Shown here: piece after piece, positions 45,828 through 56,569 of the stretch | How positions within the stretch are numbered: position 1 is the stretch's first letter | Layout of the letters: each line of letters begins with the position of its first letter | DNA from: an uncultured Nitrososphaerales archaeon | GTDB taxonomy: Archaea > Thermoproteota > Nitrososphaeria > Nitrososphaerales > Nitrososphaeraceae | DNA: 64,000 nt | Assembly: GCA_963713605.1 (NCBI GenBank) | Contig: CAVQMO010000015.1 | Coordinates: forward strand, 64,001-128,000 | Reading direction: 5' to 3' | Notes under the pieces: generated by a model | The model's input: only the letters and a program-made list of their open reading frames with translations | What the model was told of the DNA's origin: nothing | The model's database searches: none | Position numbers and translations under genes: made by a program

Positions 45828-45924
45828 GCCGTTAATCCCTATCGTGTGACCTTTTTGTGCGCTGGTTCCATCGACGGGTCACGAGCTGTCCGTGAGCCAA
45901 CGACGGGCGGCTAGCATTAATGGT
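45828..45924 (+). ncRNA. Candidate structured small RNA (three-way junction with loop-loop pairing)
   Basis: P1 45828-36/45916-24, P2 45842-52/45876-84, P3 45885-93/45903-11; G-U pairs favour the + strand; TTAAGTA at 45799-45805. Confidence 0.6.
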
Positions 45925-46907
45925 TAGGTTTCTTCTCTAGCCCTCCTACCTTGATATAGCCGCATTTCAGAAACCCTAAACTTCTCCATGTATGGGACAG
46001 ACTTCTTACATAAGCAATTCTAAAATCCGTTACCATCTGCGAATTCTATGATTGTGTCCTAATGTCAAATGATCGCCTACCTATTTTTAGTAGAATAACC
46101 AAGTTCCGGAATGTCTCTTAAAATAAAATGTAAAGGAATAGCACGGCAACTTAGTTCTGACAGAACCAAACAACCTGCACAAGGTTAGGGCAGCGGCGGC
46201 TAAAACGCTCATGAGATTAGACAAATTCTCTGGTCGCCGTACCTTCTTACTAATACTGATTGCGAAAGAAATTGACAGAGGGTATGAAAAGATATTGGCA
46301 AGAAGGAAGAGGAAAAAGTTTAAGATAGTAGAATTCTGGAACGGTAAAGCGGTAACACTACACCTTCCGTAACCTTTTTTTCCTCTTTCTGTTTTACACC
46401 TAACCCCCGTACGCCTCCTTGGGTAGTTCTCTTATCTCTCAGAGATATAATCTCTCTATCTTGCGTATTCAATCAGTACACAGCCACAAATAACTGAAGA
46501 ATTAAAGAATATCTCTAACATTATTGCAGAAAGTAAGGTCACAAGATGATAAATCATAACGATAGAGTTATTCATTCGTAAACCTATTGGGAATAAAGAG
46601 CTGATGATGAAGGGAGATTGAACGCTTAATTAGTAAATAATTAGTAGGATGCGAGGAACACTGACTGTTACTATTTGTATACATTCATACTATATTAAGA
46701 CATAAATCTATTATCAAATCAATTGTGGAAGATTAACTCCTTTCCAACCTTGATCGTAAATACCTTGGTAATGTTTTGTCAGTACGTATTATGACAGTAT
46801 TATTACCATTAATCATTTTTGATTGAATCGAGATTCTCAAATATGGAAGCATATGATAAAACTGTTGATTCGCTATTTTAGTATGTGTCATCTAGTCCTG
46901 CGGTAAT

Positions 46908-47100
46908 TCAGTTGTAATTCAAATGTGATTTCACAGTTTTAATCAGGTCATCCATACCTATTGGTTTTCTAATAAAGCATTCTCCTTCCTGTAAATCTGG
47001 AAATATTCTTTTGAACTCGTTGTAGTATTCTTCATAGGCAGTCATAAAACATATCTTGGTTTTATCACCAATTTGTCTGATCTTTCCATATTCCTTGGAC
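46908..47100 (-). pseudogene. C-terminal half of a response regulator receiver domain
   Basis: KIRQIGDKTKICFMTAYE...FIRKPIGMDDLIKTV; the phospho-acceptor half is missing. Confidence 0.65.
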
Positions 47101-47542
47101 CTTTTAAAAACATTGGATCCCTTCAAATTCGATATTATCTGACAACTGTAATCGCATTTTAGTTGTTCCAAGTTGTGATATGCCACGTCATGAGAAATGT
47201 TATCGTAACAGCACAATAATGTCGATATGACAATATCTTTAGTGTGGAATGCTTCTGAGATCTGCCACAGCAAATAAGAATAGATAATTAAAGAAGAGGT
47301 AGGTTGGTGTGTTGTAGGGTCTGAGATATTATGGAAACCACACACCACACTAACCCAACCGAATATGCGTTGATTTCAATATTTGCATACTCAACTTAAT
47401 TATTAACGATAAAGATTGAATATGGACGACTTCAGTTAATAATGGCGCGGCATTAGTATTCAATCCGTTATCGAATTATTGCGATTAGACCCTCAGAAAT
47501 TTCATTCTTTCTATTACAACCGGTCGACAATACAACCAGAAA

Positions 47543-47875
47543 ATGATGAAGAACCAGCTATTGGTCGAAGCTGAGAAGCTTTATGAAAGGGTGCTTGAAA
47601 ACATCACAAATAACGTAGTTAGTGATAATATATTGTCCACGTCATCAGTTGTGCAAAAAGAATCGGAAGAACAGAATTCGGATGATAAGCGAACGTCGTC
47701 AGCTTACTCATTTGTCAAAGAAGAGCGTACTTTGTTAGATCCTGAAGACAGAGAGATAGAAAGAAATTCGTTCGTAGAACGTCCTGACGTACTAGCACTG
47801 GTCATGGAATGGTATTTTATCCATACAAAGGACAAGCATGGCATCCTAATTTTGATGCCCCAGTCTAAAACCTGA
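47543..47875 (+). CDS. Hypothetical protein or fragment
   Basis: 110-aa ORF, no motif. Confidence 0.4.
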   Translation: MMKNQLLVEAEKLYERVLENITNNVVSDNILSTSSVVQKESEEQNSDDKRTSSAYSFVKEERTLLDPEDREIERNSFVERPDVLALVMEWYFIHTKDKHGILILMPQSKT

Positions 47876-47974
47876 ATTCAGATCTGCTCTCTTGTGGAAC
47901 GCTGTATATTAGGTGTCGTTATATTCCTGTAGCATTAACTTACATAATATATAACATATACACGACTATACACT

Positions 47975-48556
47975 ATGTATATATTAGTAATAGCAACATT
48001 GCTGCTTCTACCAATAGGAAATGTCCTAGCTAGTTCTGATTCTGACTTTACAGGAGAGAATTTCAAAGCATACAAACCTGATAGACCAGCTATAAACGAA
48101 GATTTTCATCCTGATAGAAGCTGCATGTTTGATGCATATCAGCTAAAATGTATTCCAGGTGCAGAACAAGATTGTCATGAAGCAGGTTTTGGCAATAATG
48201 ATGATTCAACTTGCTTCCCATATGAGGTCATTATTGGTGGATGTTCTGACGGCTATCATAGTACAGATGATGATGAAACTGGTCAATGCTATCCTAACGA
48301 AGAGGGATGTCTGAATGATTACATTTTGCTAACAGGTAGGCCTGACAAAGGCGACCGATGTGCTGAAATGAATTACGAATGCAATTCTGAGTCTCTGCAA
48401 CGTTTTTCTTGCAGTCCAGAATTCAAGATAAATTGCGAAGATAACCAGAAACATTATCTGTGTAATGGACAAAGAGGTATTAATGGTACTATCTACTGCG
48501 ATTTGCTTCCACATAATGTGACGAGCATGTGTTTGAATAAAGACCTGGTAAAATAG
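47975..48556 (+). CDS. Cys-rich secreted protein (Nitrososphaeraceae-type)
   Basis: Signal peptide; DRSCMFDAYQLKCIPG; GCSDGYHSTDDDETGQCY. Confidence 0.75.
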   Translation: MYILVIATLLLLPIGNVLASSDSDFTGENFKAYKPDRPAINEDFHPDRSCMFDAYQLKCIPGAEQDCHEAGFGNNDDSTCFPYEVIIGGCSDGYHSTDDDETGQCYPNEEGCLNDYILLTGRPDKGDRCAEMNYECNSESLQRFSCSPEFKINCEDNQKHYLCNGQRGINGTIYCDLLPHNVTSMCLNKDLVK

Positions 48557-48990
48557 ATTGATAAAAATCTCTTTTTTTAACTTCTTTATGTGGCTCAAAT
48601 TAATGTGGGAGGAGGGGGCACTAGTAAACTCCTCATTATTAGGTTGATCTGCACAGCAACTCCAATTTCCATTATATTTATGTATCCCGTCTTCCTGAAG
48701 GACACTATCCAAATTTATTACTATTAAATTTCTCGGCGACTTTGGCATCTCTTTAGGCCATGCTAACATACATACATAATTTCATCAAAAATATCCTAGT
48801 GTGAAATTTGTTGTTTGTCTATACCCCCTATTTCGCCGGGCTTGTTGATACACATTCTTAGTGATATGGTAGCAAGGGAGAACTTGGTTTGTTCTTAATT
48901 ATTTACTGGGGATATCCAGTACTTTACCTCATATGATTCAATGTCTGAGCCAAGGAAAATTTAATACAGTACCAATTTCGACTGTAATTA

Positions 48991-49638
48991 TTGGTTTTTA
49001 AAACCTGGTTCTCATGGCTTCGTGGTAGTGACAAAATAATAATCGGTAACTTGGAAAAACAGGGTGAAATACTTGTTAAAGCAACTTCGGCTCTGGTTAC
49101 ACTAATTTCTAATTATGACAAGAACGAACTAACTCAAAGAGCATCGGCTATTAAGGAATTAGAGCATGAAGGAGATAGACTTACTCATGAACTTTTTACT
49201 TTGATTTCAGCTACATTTGTAACGCCATTGGATCGTGAAGATATCTCTGGACTTGCTAGTTCCATAGACGAGGTTTTAGATTTTACTGACGGAGTGGCGG
49301 ACAGGTTTTTGCTATTCAAAATCAATAGGCCTTCTGCCTATATGACAGATCTCTCGAAGACGCTCTTTTTGGCATCACAGGAGATCTATCATGCTCTCTG
49401 CATCCTAAGCAAAATAAAGAATTCACATAAGCTGATGGAATATTGTAATAACATAAAGAAGTATGAACACGAAGCAGATAGCACTTACCGAAATGCAATC
49501 GCTGAATTGTTTGAGGTAAATAGTAATCCAATCGAGGTGATCAAACTTAAGGAAATCTATGAAAACCTAGAAGAATCGGTTGACAAGTGCCAAGATGTAG
49601 CAGATGTAGTGGAGGATATTGCACTCAAGTACGGATGA
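48991..49638 (+). CDS. DUF47 (PhoU-like) phosphate transport regulator
   Basis: IKELEHEGDRL; TFVTPLDREDI; EHEAD; LEESVDKCQDVA. Confidence 0.92.
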   Translation: MVFKTWFSWLRGSDKIIIGNLEKQGEILVKATSALVTLISNYDKNELTQRASAIKELEHEGDRLTHELFTLISATFVTPLDREDISGLASSIDEVLDFTDGVADRFLLFKINRPSAYMTDLSKTLFLASQEIYHALCILSKIKNSHKLMEYCNNIKKYEHEADSTYRNAIAELFEVNSNPIEVIKLKEIYENLEESVDKCQDVADVVEDIALKYG

Positions 49639-49739
49639 AAGACGACGAAAGAATAGAAAGCATGTGAGTGTGTAGAAAGCTCACTATCAACCGAAATTGT
49701 TAAGTTAATCAGACACTACAAATATCGAAGATTTTCTAC

Positions 49740-50757
49740 ATGCTCGAGGGAGCCAATGAATACGCAATATTGACATTTGCAGCAATAGGTACCGCTTTGT
49801 TTTTTGACTTTGTGAATGGATTCCATGACTCTGCTAATGCAATAGCCACTGTTGTAGGAACCCGTGTCCTCAAACCGCTTCACGCAGTCATTATAGCCGC
49901 ATTTGCAAACTTTGTTGGGCCGTTCATTTTTGGAACAGCAATAGCTACAACAGTGGGTAGTGGGATAATAGAACCACAATACTCTACTGTAGATGTTATC
50001 CTTGCTGGTCTGATAGGTGCAATAATCTGGGATTTAGTCACTTGGTATTTTGGTCTCCCTTCTTCGAGCAGTCATGCGCTTATTGGAGGTCTAGTTGGAT
50101 CCGCGTTGATCGCCGGAGGTGGGGGAGCAATAATAGTTCCAGGCGTTGAGAAAGTTCTGATATTTATGATTCTATCACCAGTAGCAGGCTTTGCGATAGC
50201 ATTTGTTCTGGCTATGATTATCATATATTTCTTTAAAGACTCAAAACCACTACTCATCAATCGAGTCTTTGGGAAGCTTCAGATCGTTTCAAGTACGTTT
50301 CTTTTCGTTAACCCATGGAGCGAATGACGGACAAAAGACTATGGGGGTCATAACAGCGTTACTTATTGCCGGAGGGTTTATGGGCTCAGAGGATTTTGTA
50401 GTTCCCACATGGGTTATAATCAGTGCCGGAGCAGCAATATCAGCTGGAACACTCTTGGGGGGATGGCGAATAGTAAAAACCATGGCGTTCCGTATTACCG
50501 AACTTAAGCCCTATCAAGGGTTTTGCGCTGAGACTGGTGGAGGAGTGATCCTCTCGGTAATGGCCGGTTTAGGAATTCCCGTAAGTACTACTCAAGCAAT
50601 CTCAGGTGCTATTATCGGAGTTGGGTCAACAAGAAGGCTTTCAGCAGTTAGATGGGGTATCGGAAAGCGAATTGTATTCGCATGGCTTGTCACTATTCCT
50701 GCTAGCGCGGTAATTGCATCTATTGTAATCATAATTATTCAAGGTATCCTCTATTAG
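49740..50757 (+). CDS. pit: PiT-family inorganic phosphate transporter (frameshift near 50300)
   Basis: NGFHDSANAIAT; GLPSSSSHALIGG; HGANDGQKTMG; GIPVSTT. Confidence 0.92.
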
Positions 50758-50848
50758 TAACATTGGGGTTTATTTTCAATATTTGTTTAACTCGAAGTCA
50801 TTAATTATTTGACAGTACAGATAAAAAGAAAGAGGACTAGGCATCAAT

Positions 50849-51288
50849 TCATTTTTTTTGACTATTACAACAGGAGTAGGAGCCTCTTTCTTTGCTAAAG
50901 ATACATTTTCCCATCCATGAATTATCAATGAATCTAATTGCGCTTGCTGCAATGTGACCATGACTTGGAATTAATAGTTCACAGTTAGACAAGTCGAAAC
51001 CCAATACTCCTGCATTGTGACTAGCTGCAAATGTATCTAAACCTGAATCAAACAATGGGCTATGTTCAGTTCCATTTACTTCTAGTTACTTAGCTGCACA
51101 GAAGCCATGCTCTGCGATAAATGGATGTACAAACCAATTTTCATTTAGAGAAGGACGAAATGCAACTTTGGTATTCGGTAATAGTATGTCCACACTATTA
51201 TCAACTAAGCATGTAATTTCTGCGCTTTCAATATCTTTCAGGGGCATATCTTCAATGTTAACATCTCTTTTTGTTCTTGTCTTTCCAT
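50849..51288 (-). pseudogene. N-terminal remnant of an MBL-fold metallohydrolase
   Basis: ITCLVDNSVD...AEHGF, internal stop, LFDSG...SHGH, then truncated. Confidence 0.7.
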
Positions 51289-51491
51289 TTCAATCACTTC
51301 GGATGATATTTTTTCATGTATCATTACATACGGTATAGAATATATGGTGATAAATTATGGACGGGACTGCAACACCCGTATTCTACACAAATTTAGTAGC
51401 AGATGTTACATCCAACATTGCTATGGTTAGATCATTTGTAGCTAACCTTAATTGAAGCTCCCAACTATGGCAAAGTTGGTAGAGTAATTAC

Positions 51492-51680
51492 TTGGATGCC
51501 AAAGATGTAAGAATATTCTGTGAAATAGCATTCAAGGGTCTGGATTACGATTCTTTCACGGATAGACGAGTTAGCCCATTAGCTATCCCAAGGAAGCTTG
51601 GATTAGATGAGAAGACCGTTCGGATAAGAGTAAAAAAGATGGAGGACGACGATGATACAATTCAGGCGGGGCAAATATAA
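51492..51680 (+). pseudogene. Lrp/AsnC-type HTH fragment
   Basis: MDAKDVRI...RKLGLDEKTVRIRVKKME; divergent from the MBL remnant. Confidence 0.65.
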
Positions 51681-52290
51681 AGAAAAATCTAAAAATATAT
51701 TGGTGCTTAATGTAATTCATCAGTTGATTGCAATCTATCGATAACATTATTAGTACGGTAAAGTTCCATCTCCATACCGTAGTATAGATAAGTTCCCATT
51801 CTTAAAAAAAACGAAAGATTACTTAGTTCCAACTGCACCCTGTTCATATTCATCACCCGTCTCTCCTGCACCGGCAGTTCCCTTTGTCATACCGCTTCTC
51901 CTTGCTCTTTCGGCTGCTTCTTCTGGATTTGTACGAACTTGTTCGGGTTCTGTAATTCGGAGAGTAATAATCTCAATATTTTTTAGATAGCCATATGAAA
52001 CCTAGTAATATCTTACTTAACAACAGAATAGATGCGCCGGAATAAGGAATGTATCTTTGATTGCGATATTACTGATTTTGAATATATAAAGTTCAAGATA
52101 AAGGGTTCCATAATGGAATAGTATCCTTCCTCTACTACATTTAATTCCATTCAAAGAAATAAATAATATGGCATGGCAATGAATTGTGTTTTTTTTGTTG
52201 GAAGAACGTCTAAGGCAAATTGGGTAAGGCTACTGATATTCTTTTATCTATAAATAGTTTGTAAACCACTTTCAATGATGTACTATATAT

Positions 52291-54015
52291 ATGTCTGTAG
52301 ATAAGACTGCACCCAAAATTCAGAGGGCTCTTGTTTTACAGGGTGGTGGTGCGCTTGGAGCATATGAAGCTGGTGTGCTTAACATACTATCTAGGAATCT
52401 CAGAATAGAAGACAAAGAAAATGGAGAAGAAAACAGGTTGCTCTTTGATGTTATCGCAGGGACATCTATAGGTGCGATGAATGGTGCAATATTGGTAAGT
52501 CAATATTTGGAAACTAAAAGCTGGGAAAAAGCAACGGAAGAGCTTGAAAACTTTTGGACGGACCAAGTATCTTTAAAATCTCTTGATATTGGTGAATTGA
52601 GTAAACCTTGGTATGACGAATGGGTGAAGAAAAATCCAAAAGCTGCCTCTGAAGAGGCTGCCAGGAGATACTATTCAGTTAAAAAATTGCTTCTGAATCA
52701 AGTGCATAATAATATGTATTACTTTCTAGGGTATGTCAAAGACGATAGGTTCTTTGATACACTACAGCTTCACACTCAACTTCCAGCATCTTGCTTCAAT
52801 AACGACTGGCTCTTGCATAGCAACAAGCCACTACGAGAAAGTATAGAGAAATATGCTAGATTTCCAATATTAACTGATTTCAAGAATAAGCAACCTCGTC
52901 TACTTGTGTGTAGTGTGGATGCCGCCGAAGGTGTAACAGTAACTTTTGATAGCTATCCTAAGGAAGATGGCTCTAGAAAGTCAGAATATGGTAATTATAA
53001 TAATGAAAGTGGATATGAAAATGTGATTGACTACAGTGATGGGGTCACTATAGATCATGTTATGGCGAGCGGTACATTACCAGAATTCTATAACTATGCA
53101 GAAGTGTCTATTCATACAACAAATAAACAAAAGACTAAAGATCCAGCATCTCTGCCTATAATTAATAAAAGAAATAATAATATTCGTTACTTTTGGGATG
53201 GAGGTTTACTTAGCAGTACCCCATTAAGAGAACTCTTGCATGCCCATCAAGAATATTGGAAAAACGTAGAAAATCTAGATGAAATTCCAGAGTTGGATGT
53301 GTATATAGTTAATGTGCATCCCTCCAAGATCGACATTGGTAAGATTCCCATGGATCATAATGGAGTTAAGGATAGACAAAATGATATAATATATGCAGAC
53401 AGAAATTCGCTTTATGACGAGAACATGACACGCCTAATTGGTGATTATGCTAATTTTGTTACCGAAATAAAAGATCTTCTTGAAGATGCTATCTGCAAAG
53501 TTAATGATGAAAAAGATAAAGGTGTTTTGAAGAGAAAACTTAACGATATTTTAGTAACAAATACTTCTAATATTGATAGAAAATGTGGAGCAAGAGATTA
53601 CGAGGATCTTATAACGGGACAAATTAAGTTGAACAAGGTGATACGGATCGAGCGTGCAAATTATATTAATAGCATCTATGGTAAAACAGGTGATCTAACA
53701 TTTGAAACAATACATAAACTAATAAAAGAGGGAGAATGTGATGCATGGCTCTCACTTATTCAGCAATATATTCAAGATATAGAAGTAAGTGCTGACGCTG
53801 TCCATATAAGAGATAGTCTAATAAAAAAATTGCAAGTCATCATCAAGAACTTGGGAGATAATGACTACGAAGTAAATAATTCTCATACACATCGTGAACT
53901 AACAAAATTTATTAACCAAATTAAAAAGAATAAAGAAATCATCGATGGCTTGAAAACAAATCAATCTACTAAACTTATGAATTTGACAGGTAGATTTAGA
54001 ACCAGTTTAGATTAA
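52291..54015 (+). CDS. Patatin-like phospholipase
   Basis: LVLQGGGALGAY; GTSIG; WDGG. Confidence 0.92.
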   Translation: MSVDKTAPKIQRALVLQGGGALGAYEAGVLNILSRNLRIEDKENGEENRLLFDVIAGTSIGAMNGAILVSQYLETKSWEKATEELENFWTDQVSLKSLDIGELSKPWYDEWVKKNPKAASEEAARRYYSVKKLLLNQVHNNMYYFLGYVKDDRFFDTLQLHTQLPASCFNNDWLLHSNKPLRESIEKYARFPILTDFKNKQPRLLVCSVDAAEGVTVTFDSYPKEDGSRKSEYGNYNNESGYENVIDYSDGVTIDHVMASGTLPEFYNYAEVSIHTTNKQKTKDPASLPIINKRNNNIRYFWDGGLLSSTPLRELLHAHQEYWKNVENLDEIPELDVYIVNVHPSKIDIGKIPMDHNGVKDRQNDIIYADRNSLYDENMTRLIGDYANFVTEIKDLLEDAICKVNDEKDKGVLKRKLNDILVTNTSNIDRKCGARDYEDLITGQIKLNKVIRIERANYINSIYGKTGDLTFETIHKLIKEGECDAWLSLIQQYIQDIEVSADAVHIRDSLIKKLQVIIKNLGDNDYEVNNSHTHRELTKFINQIKKNKEIIDGLKTNQSTKLMNLTGRFRTSLD

Positions 54016-54357
54016 GTATTGAAAGAGAAGGAAATCTGAATTCATGTTTGAGAATATCTTGGAATGTGTTTACTTAGAGCCTATCCTAAAAATACTGTCT
54101 TCATACACTTTTAGCTCTTAGTCTGGAGTTTAAATACTAGAACCTTGAAAGAAATGATGTTGAATGTTTCTTACATTATAAAAAATGGACTCAATCGATC
54201 CAATCAGGTCAGGAGTAAGAATTGGTTCGTAAGCCTGTATGGAGGTTAGAACTATTAACAAGATTGTCGTTTTATCTTTAGATCGTCCTCTTTGGAACCA
54301 TAATAATATTACAAAGGCAACGCCGCACAATTCATTATAGAACGTCATGGCTTCATT

Positions 54358-55779
54358 ATGGTAATCAATAAACCTTTTAGAATTGTGATACTCGGCGCTG
54401 GCTACGCTGGAATGTTTTTAGCTATCAATCTATATCAATCATTAAAAGAAATGAGTAAAGGTGATAGAAAAGGACAGAACAGTTCAGCCGTTGCCGAAAT
54501 TATTCTTATTGATAGAAATTCATTTCATCAGTTGTTACAAGAAATCCATCTAGTTGCTGCAGGTTATAGGACCGCAGAACAAATAAGCATTCCAATAACC
54601 TCTTTGATAAATAGGACAGAAATCAGATTCATCCAGTCAAATGTGAAAGAGATACATGCAGGCGAAAACAAAGTTATTCTAGATGGATCTGTAATTGATT
54701 ATGACCTAGTCGTAATTTGTTTAGGATCCACTACAAAGTATTTTGGTATTGAAGGAGCTATGGCCAATACTCTCCCTTTCCGGTCAATCGATGATGCGAC
54801 ATTAGTTCACAACAAGATTCAATCCTTCCTGTTATCTCAGAGATCTTATATCGAGGATAAAATGAAGATAAGTGACGACGATAAGAAGAGGAGCAATGAC
54901 GGTAATAATATCATTATAGTCGGTGGGGGAGCAACTGGAGTAAGTCTAGGCGGAGCGATTGCCGATTTGTTAATAGATCAAACAAAACCAAAAGAGCGAC
55001 CTGACAGTCTTCCGCCTTTCAAAATTAGTTTGAACGTTACTATAGTCGAAGCGTTATCAGATATTCTTACAGGTTGGAATTCAGAATTAGTTAGCAATTC
55101 AAGAACAATTTTAGGGTCAAAAGGCGTAAGGATTTTGACTAGTTCAGTAGTATCCAAGATAGAACAAGATAATCTTATTCTCAAAGATGGTTCAATAATC
55201 ACCTCATCTCTTATCATTTGGACAGCGGGCGTAAAAGGCTATGAAATCAAAGTGACACCACAAATAGACAAAACTAAGGACGGTAGAATTATTGTGAATA
55301 GATTTTGCCAGATCGACAATTATCCCAACATTTTTGTAATTGGCGATATTGCCGCTGTAAAGGATAACCTCGGAAAAATATATCCACCTATTGCACAGAT
55401 AGCGGTACGAGAGGCCAAGTATTTAGCAGATATTATACCTAAATGTTTTAGCAAACTCGATCATGAAAGTACTAATATCAAGAATCTCATAATACTGGAG
55501 GATCAAGATGTCTTCGAATACGATATCAAAGTACAAATTATTTCATTAGGAGCTGATGATTATGTCGGCATATTTGGTAAGCATGTAATAAGTGGTAATC
55601 TTGCTAAAATGATCGACGAATTTGGCAAGCTTACTTATGTAAGATCTCTTAAAACTAGAGGAGAAGACATATCTTCAAACCTGTATGAGAATAATCTGGT
55701 GTCAAAGATGATTGCGGGTTTCTGCTTTGCAGGTTTCGCTTTTGCAAAGTGGATAGGAGTAAAAGAACTCAAGGAATAA
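54358..55779 (+). CDS. NDH-2-like NAD(P)/FAD-dependent oxidoreductase
   Basis: GAGYAG; VGGGATGV; WTAGV; IGDIA; PPIAQIA. Confidence 0.88.
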   Translation: MVINKPFRIVILGAGYAGMFLAINLYQSLKEMSKGDRKGQNSSAVAEIILIDRNSFHQLLQEIHLVAAGYRTAEQISIPITSLINRTEIRFIQSNVKEIHAGENKVILDGSVIDYDLVVICLGSTTKYFGIEGAMANTLPFRSIDDATLVHNKIQSFLLSQRSYIEDKMKISDDDKKRSNDGNNIIIVGGGATGVSLGGAIADLLIDQTKPKERPDSLPPFKISLNVTIVEALSDILTGWNSELVSNSRTILGSKGVRILTSSVVSKIEQDNLILKDGSIITSSLIIWTAGVKGYEIKVTPQIDKTKDGRIIVNRFCQIDNYPNIFVIGDIAAVKDNLGKIYPPIAQIAVREAKYLADIIPKCFSKLDHESTNIKNLIILEDQDVFEYDIKVQIISLGADDYVGIFGKHVISGNLAKMIDEFGKLTYVRSLKTRGEDISSNLYENNLVSKMIAGFCFAGFAFAKWIGVKELKE

Positions 55780-55965
55780 CAATTCTTCCGATTTAATTGC
55801 CTAATACACAACGGAATCGATTTGGTCATTGGCATGCTGGGAAATGTATCAACAAGTCTACAGGATTCGGTTGTCAGCTTCCTCTTCATTTGTCTCTGGA
55901 TGACCCAAAGTTATGCAACTCTATGACTTCATGTGAGCAAGCCAGTGCTGGAAGTAGGATAGCAT

Positions 55966-56280
55966 ATGGGGGGTTGTTATGATAGAAATGATAATCCACG
56001 TAGTTATTGTGATGACTATGCAATAGAGGAAGCAAAAAAGGGTTTGGGTTGGTTCTGTGAATCTGTCTGTAATAACTATAAAGAGATAACGGCTAAACAT
56101 GAAGGCTGTGACAATTTCATAAGATGTGAAGATTCGCCTCCTCCACGTTTTTGTGTAAAGAAGGAACCTTCTGTAGCATTAGTCTGTGATCTAAGTCGTA
56201 AAACTAACAGAGATTATTGTTTCTCAGACGAAGATGACTGTCTACCTCATTTAGATGGAAGTAGATGTAAATCTAATTAA
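55966..56280 (+). CDS. Cys-rich protein fragment
   Basis: High Cys density; probably a frameshifted continuation of 55797-55982. Confidence 0.45.
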   Translation: MGGCYDRNDNPRSYCDDYAIEEAKKGLGWFCESVCNNYKEITAKHEGCDNFIRCEDSPPPRFCVKKEPSVALVCDLSRKTNRDYCFSDEDDCLPHLDGSRCKSN

Positions 56281-56399
56281 AACTCAAACACAGGTGTCAC
56301 AAGGTATTTCCACCGGAAATGAGTATTTTGAACGACATCTCTCATGAAGAATAGAGCATGATTTGAACGCTATATCAAGAGATATCTGTTTAAGATTTA

Positions 56400-56443
56400 G
56401 AGCCCAAAATTTATGTCAAAAGTGGTTCACATACCCTTGGGCC
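56400..56443. repeat. 44-bp direct repeat, copy 1, with terminal inverted GCCCAA/TTGGGC
   Basis: GAGCCCAAAATTTATGTCAAAAGTGGTTCACATACCCTTGGGCC; 42/44 identical to 58012-58055. Confidence 0.92.
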
Positions 56444-56569
56444 CAATGTAATATTGCTTCTCAAATAGGATTCTCTAACCAGAAGGAAAGAGAAACCAGA
56501 TTGAGCACATAACACTTAGACTAGTTATTATTCTGGCCATCAAATTATCGGCTTTCGCTGGAAGAAGAG

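Noticed and set aside
45828..45924. 5S rRNA, SRP RNA, purine riboswitch or hammerhead identity for the structured RNA
   Set aside because: It lacks the CCGAAC loop, the SRP helix-8 motif, purine-riboswitch junction nucleotides and the CUGAUGA/GAAA core.
46150..46372. Hairpin GCGGCGGCTA/TGGTCGCCGT as a third ncRNA
   Set aside because: It lies in a roughly 70-codon start-less open frame (LVLTEPNNLHKVRAAAAKTLMRL...), more likely a gene remnant.
56308..56321. TTTCCACCGGAAA as an origin recognition box
   Set aside because: Single copy, no G-string, and no cdc6/orc1 nearby.
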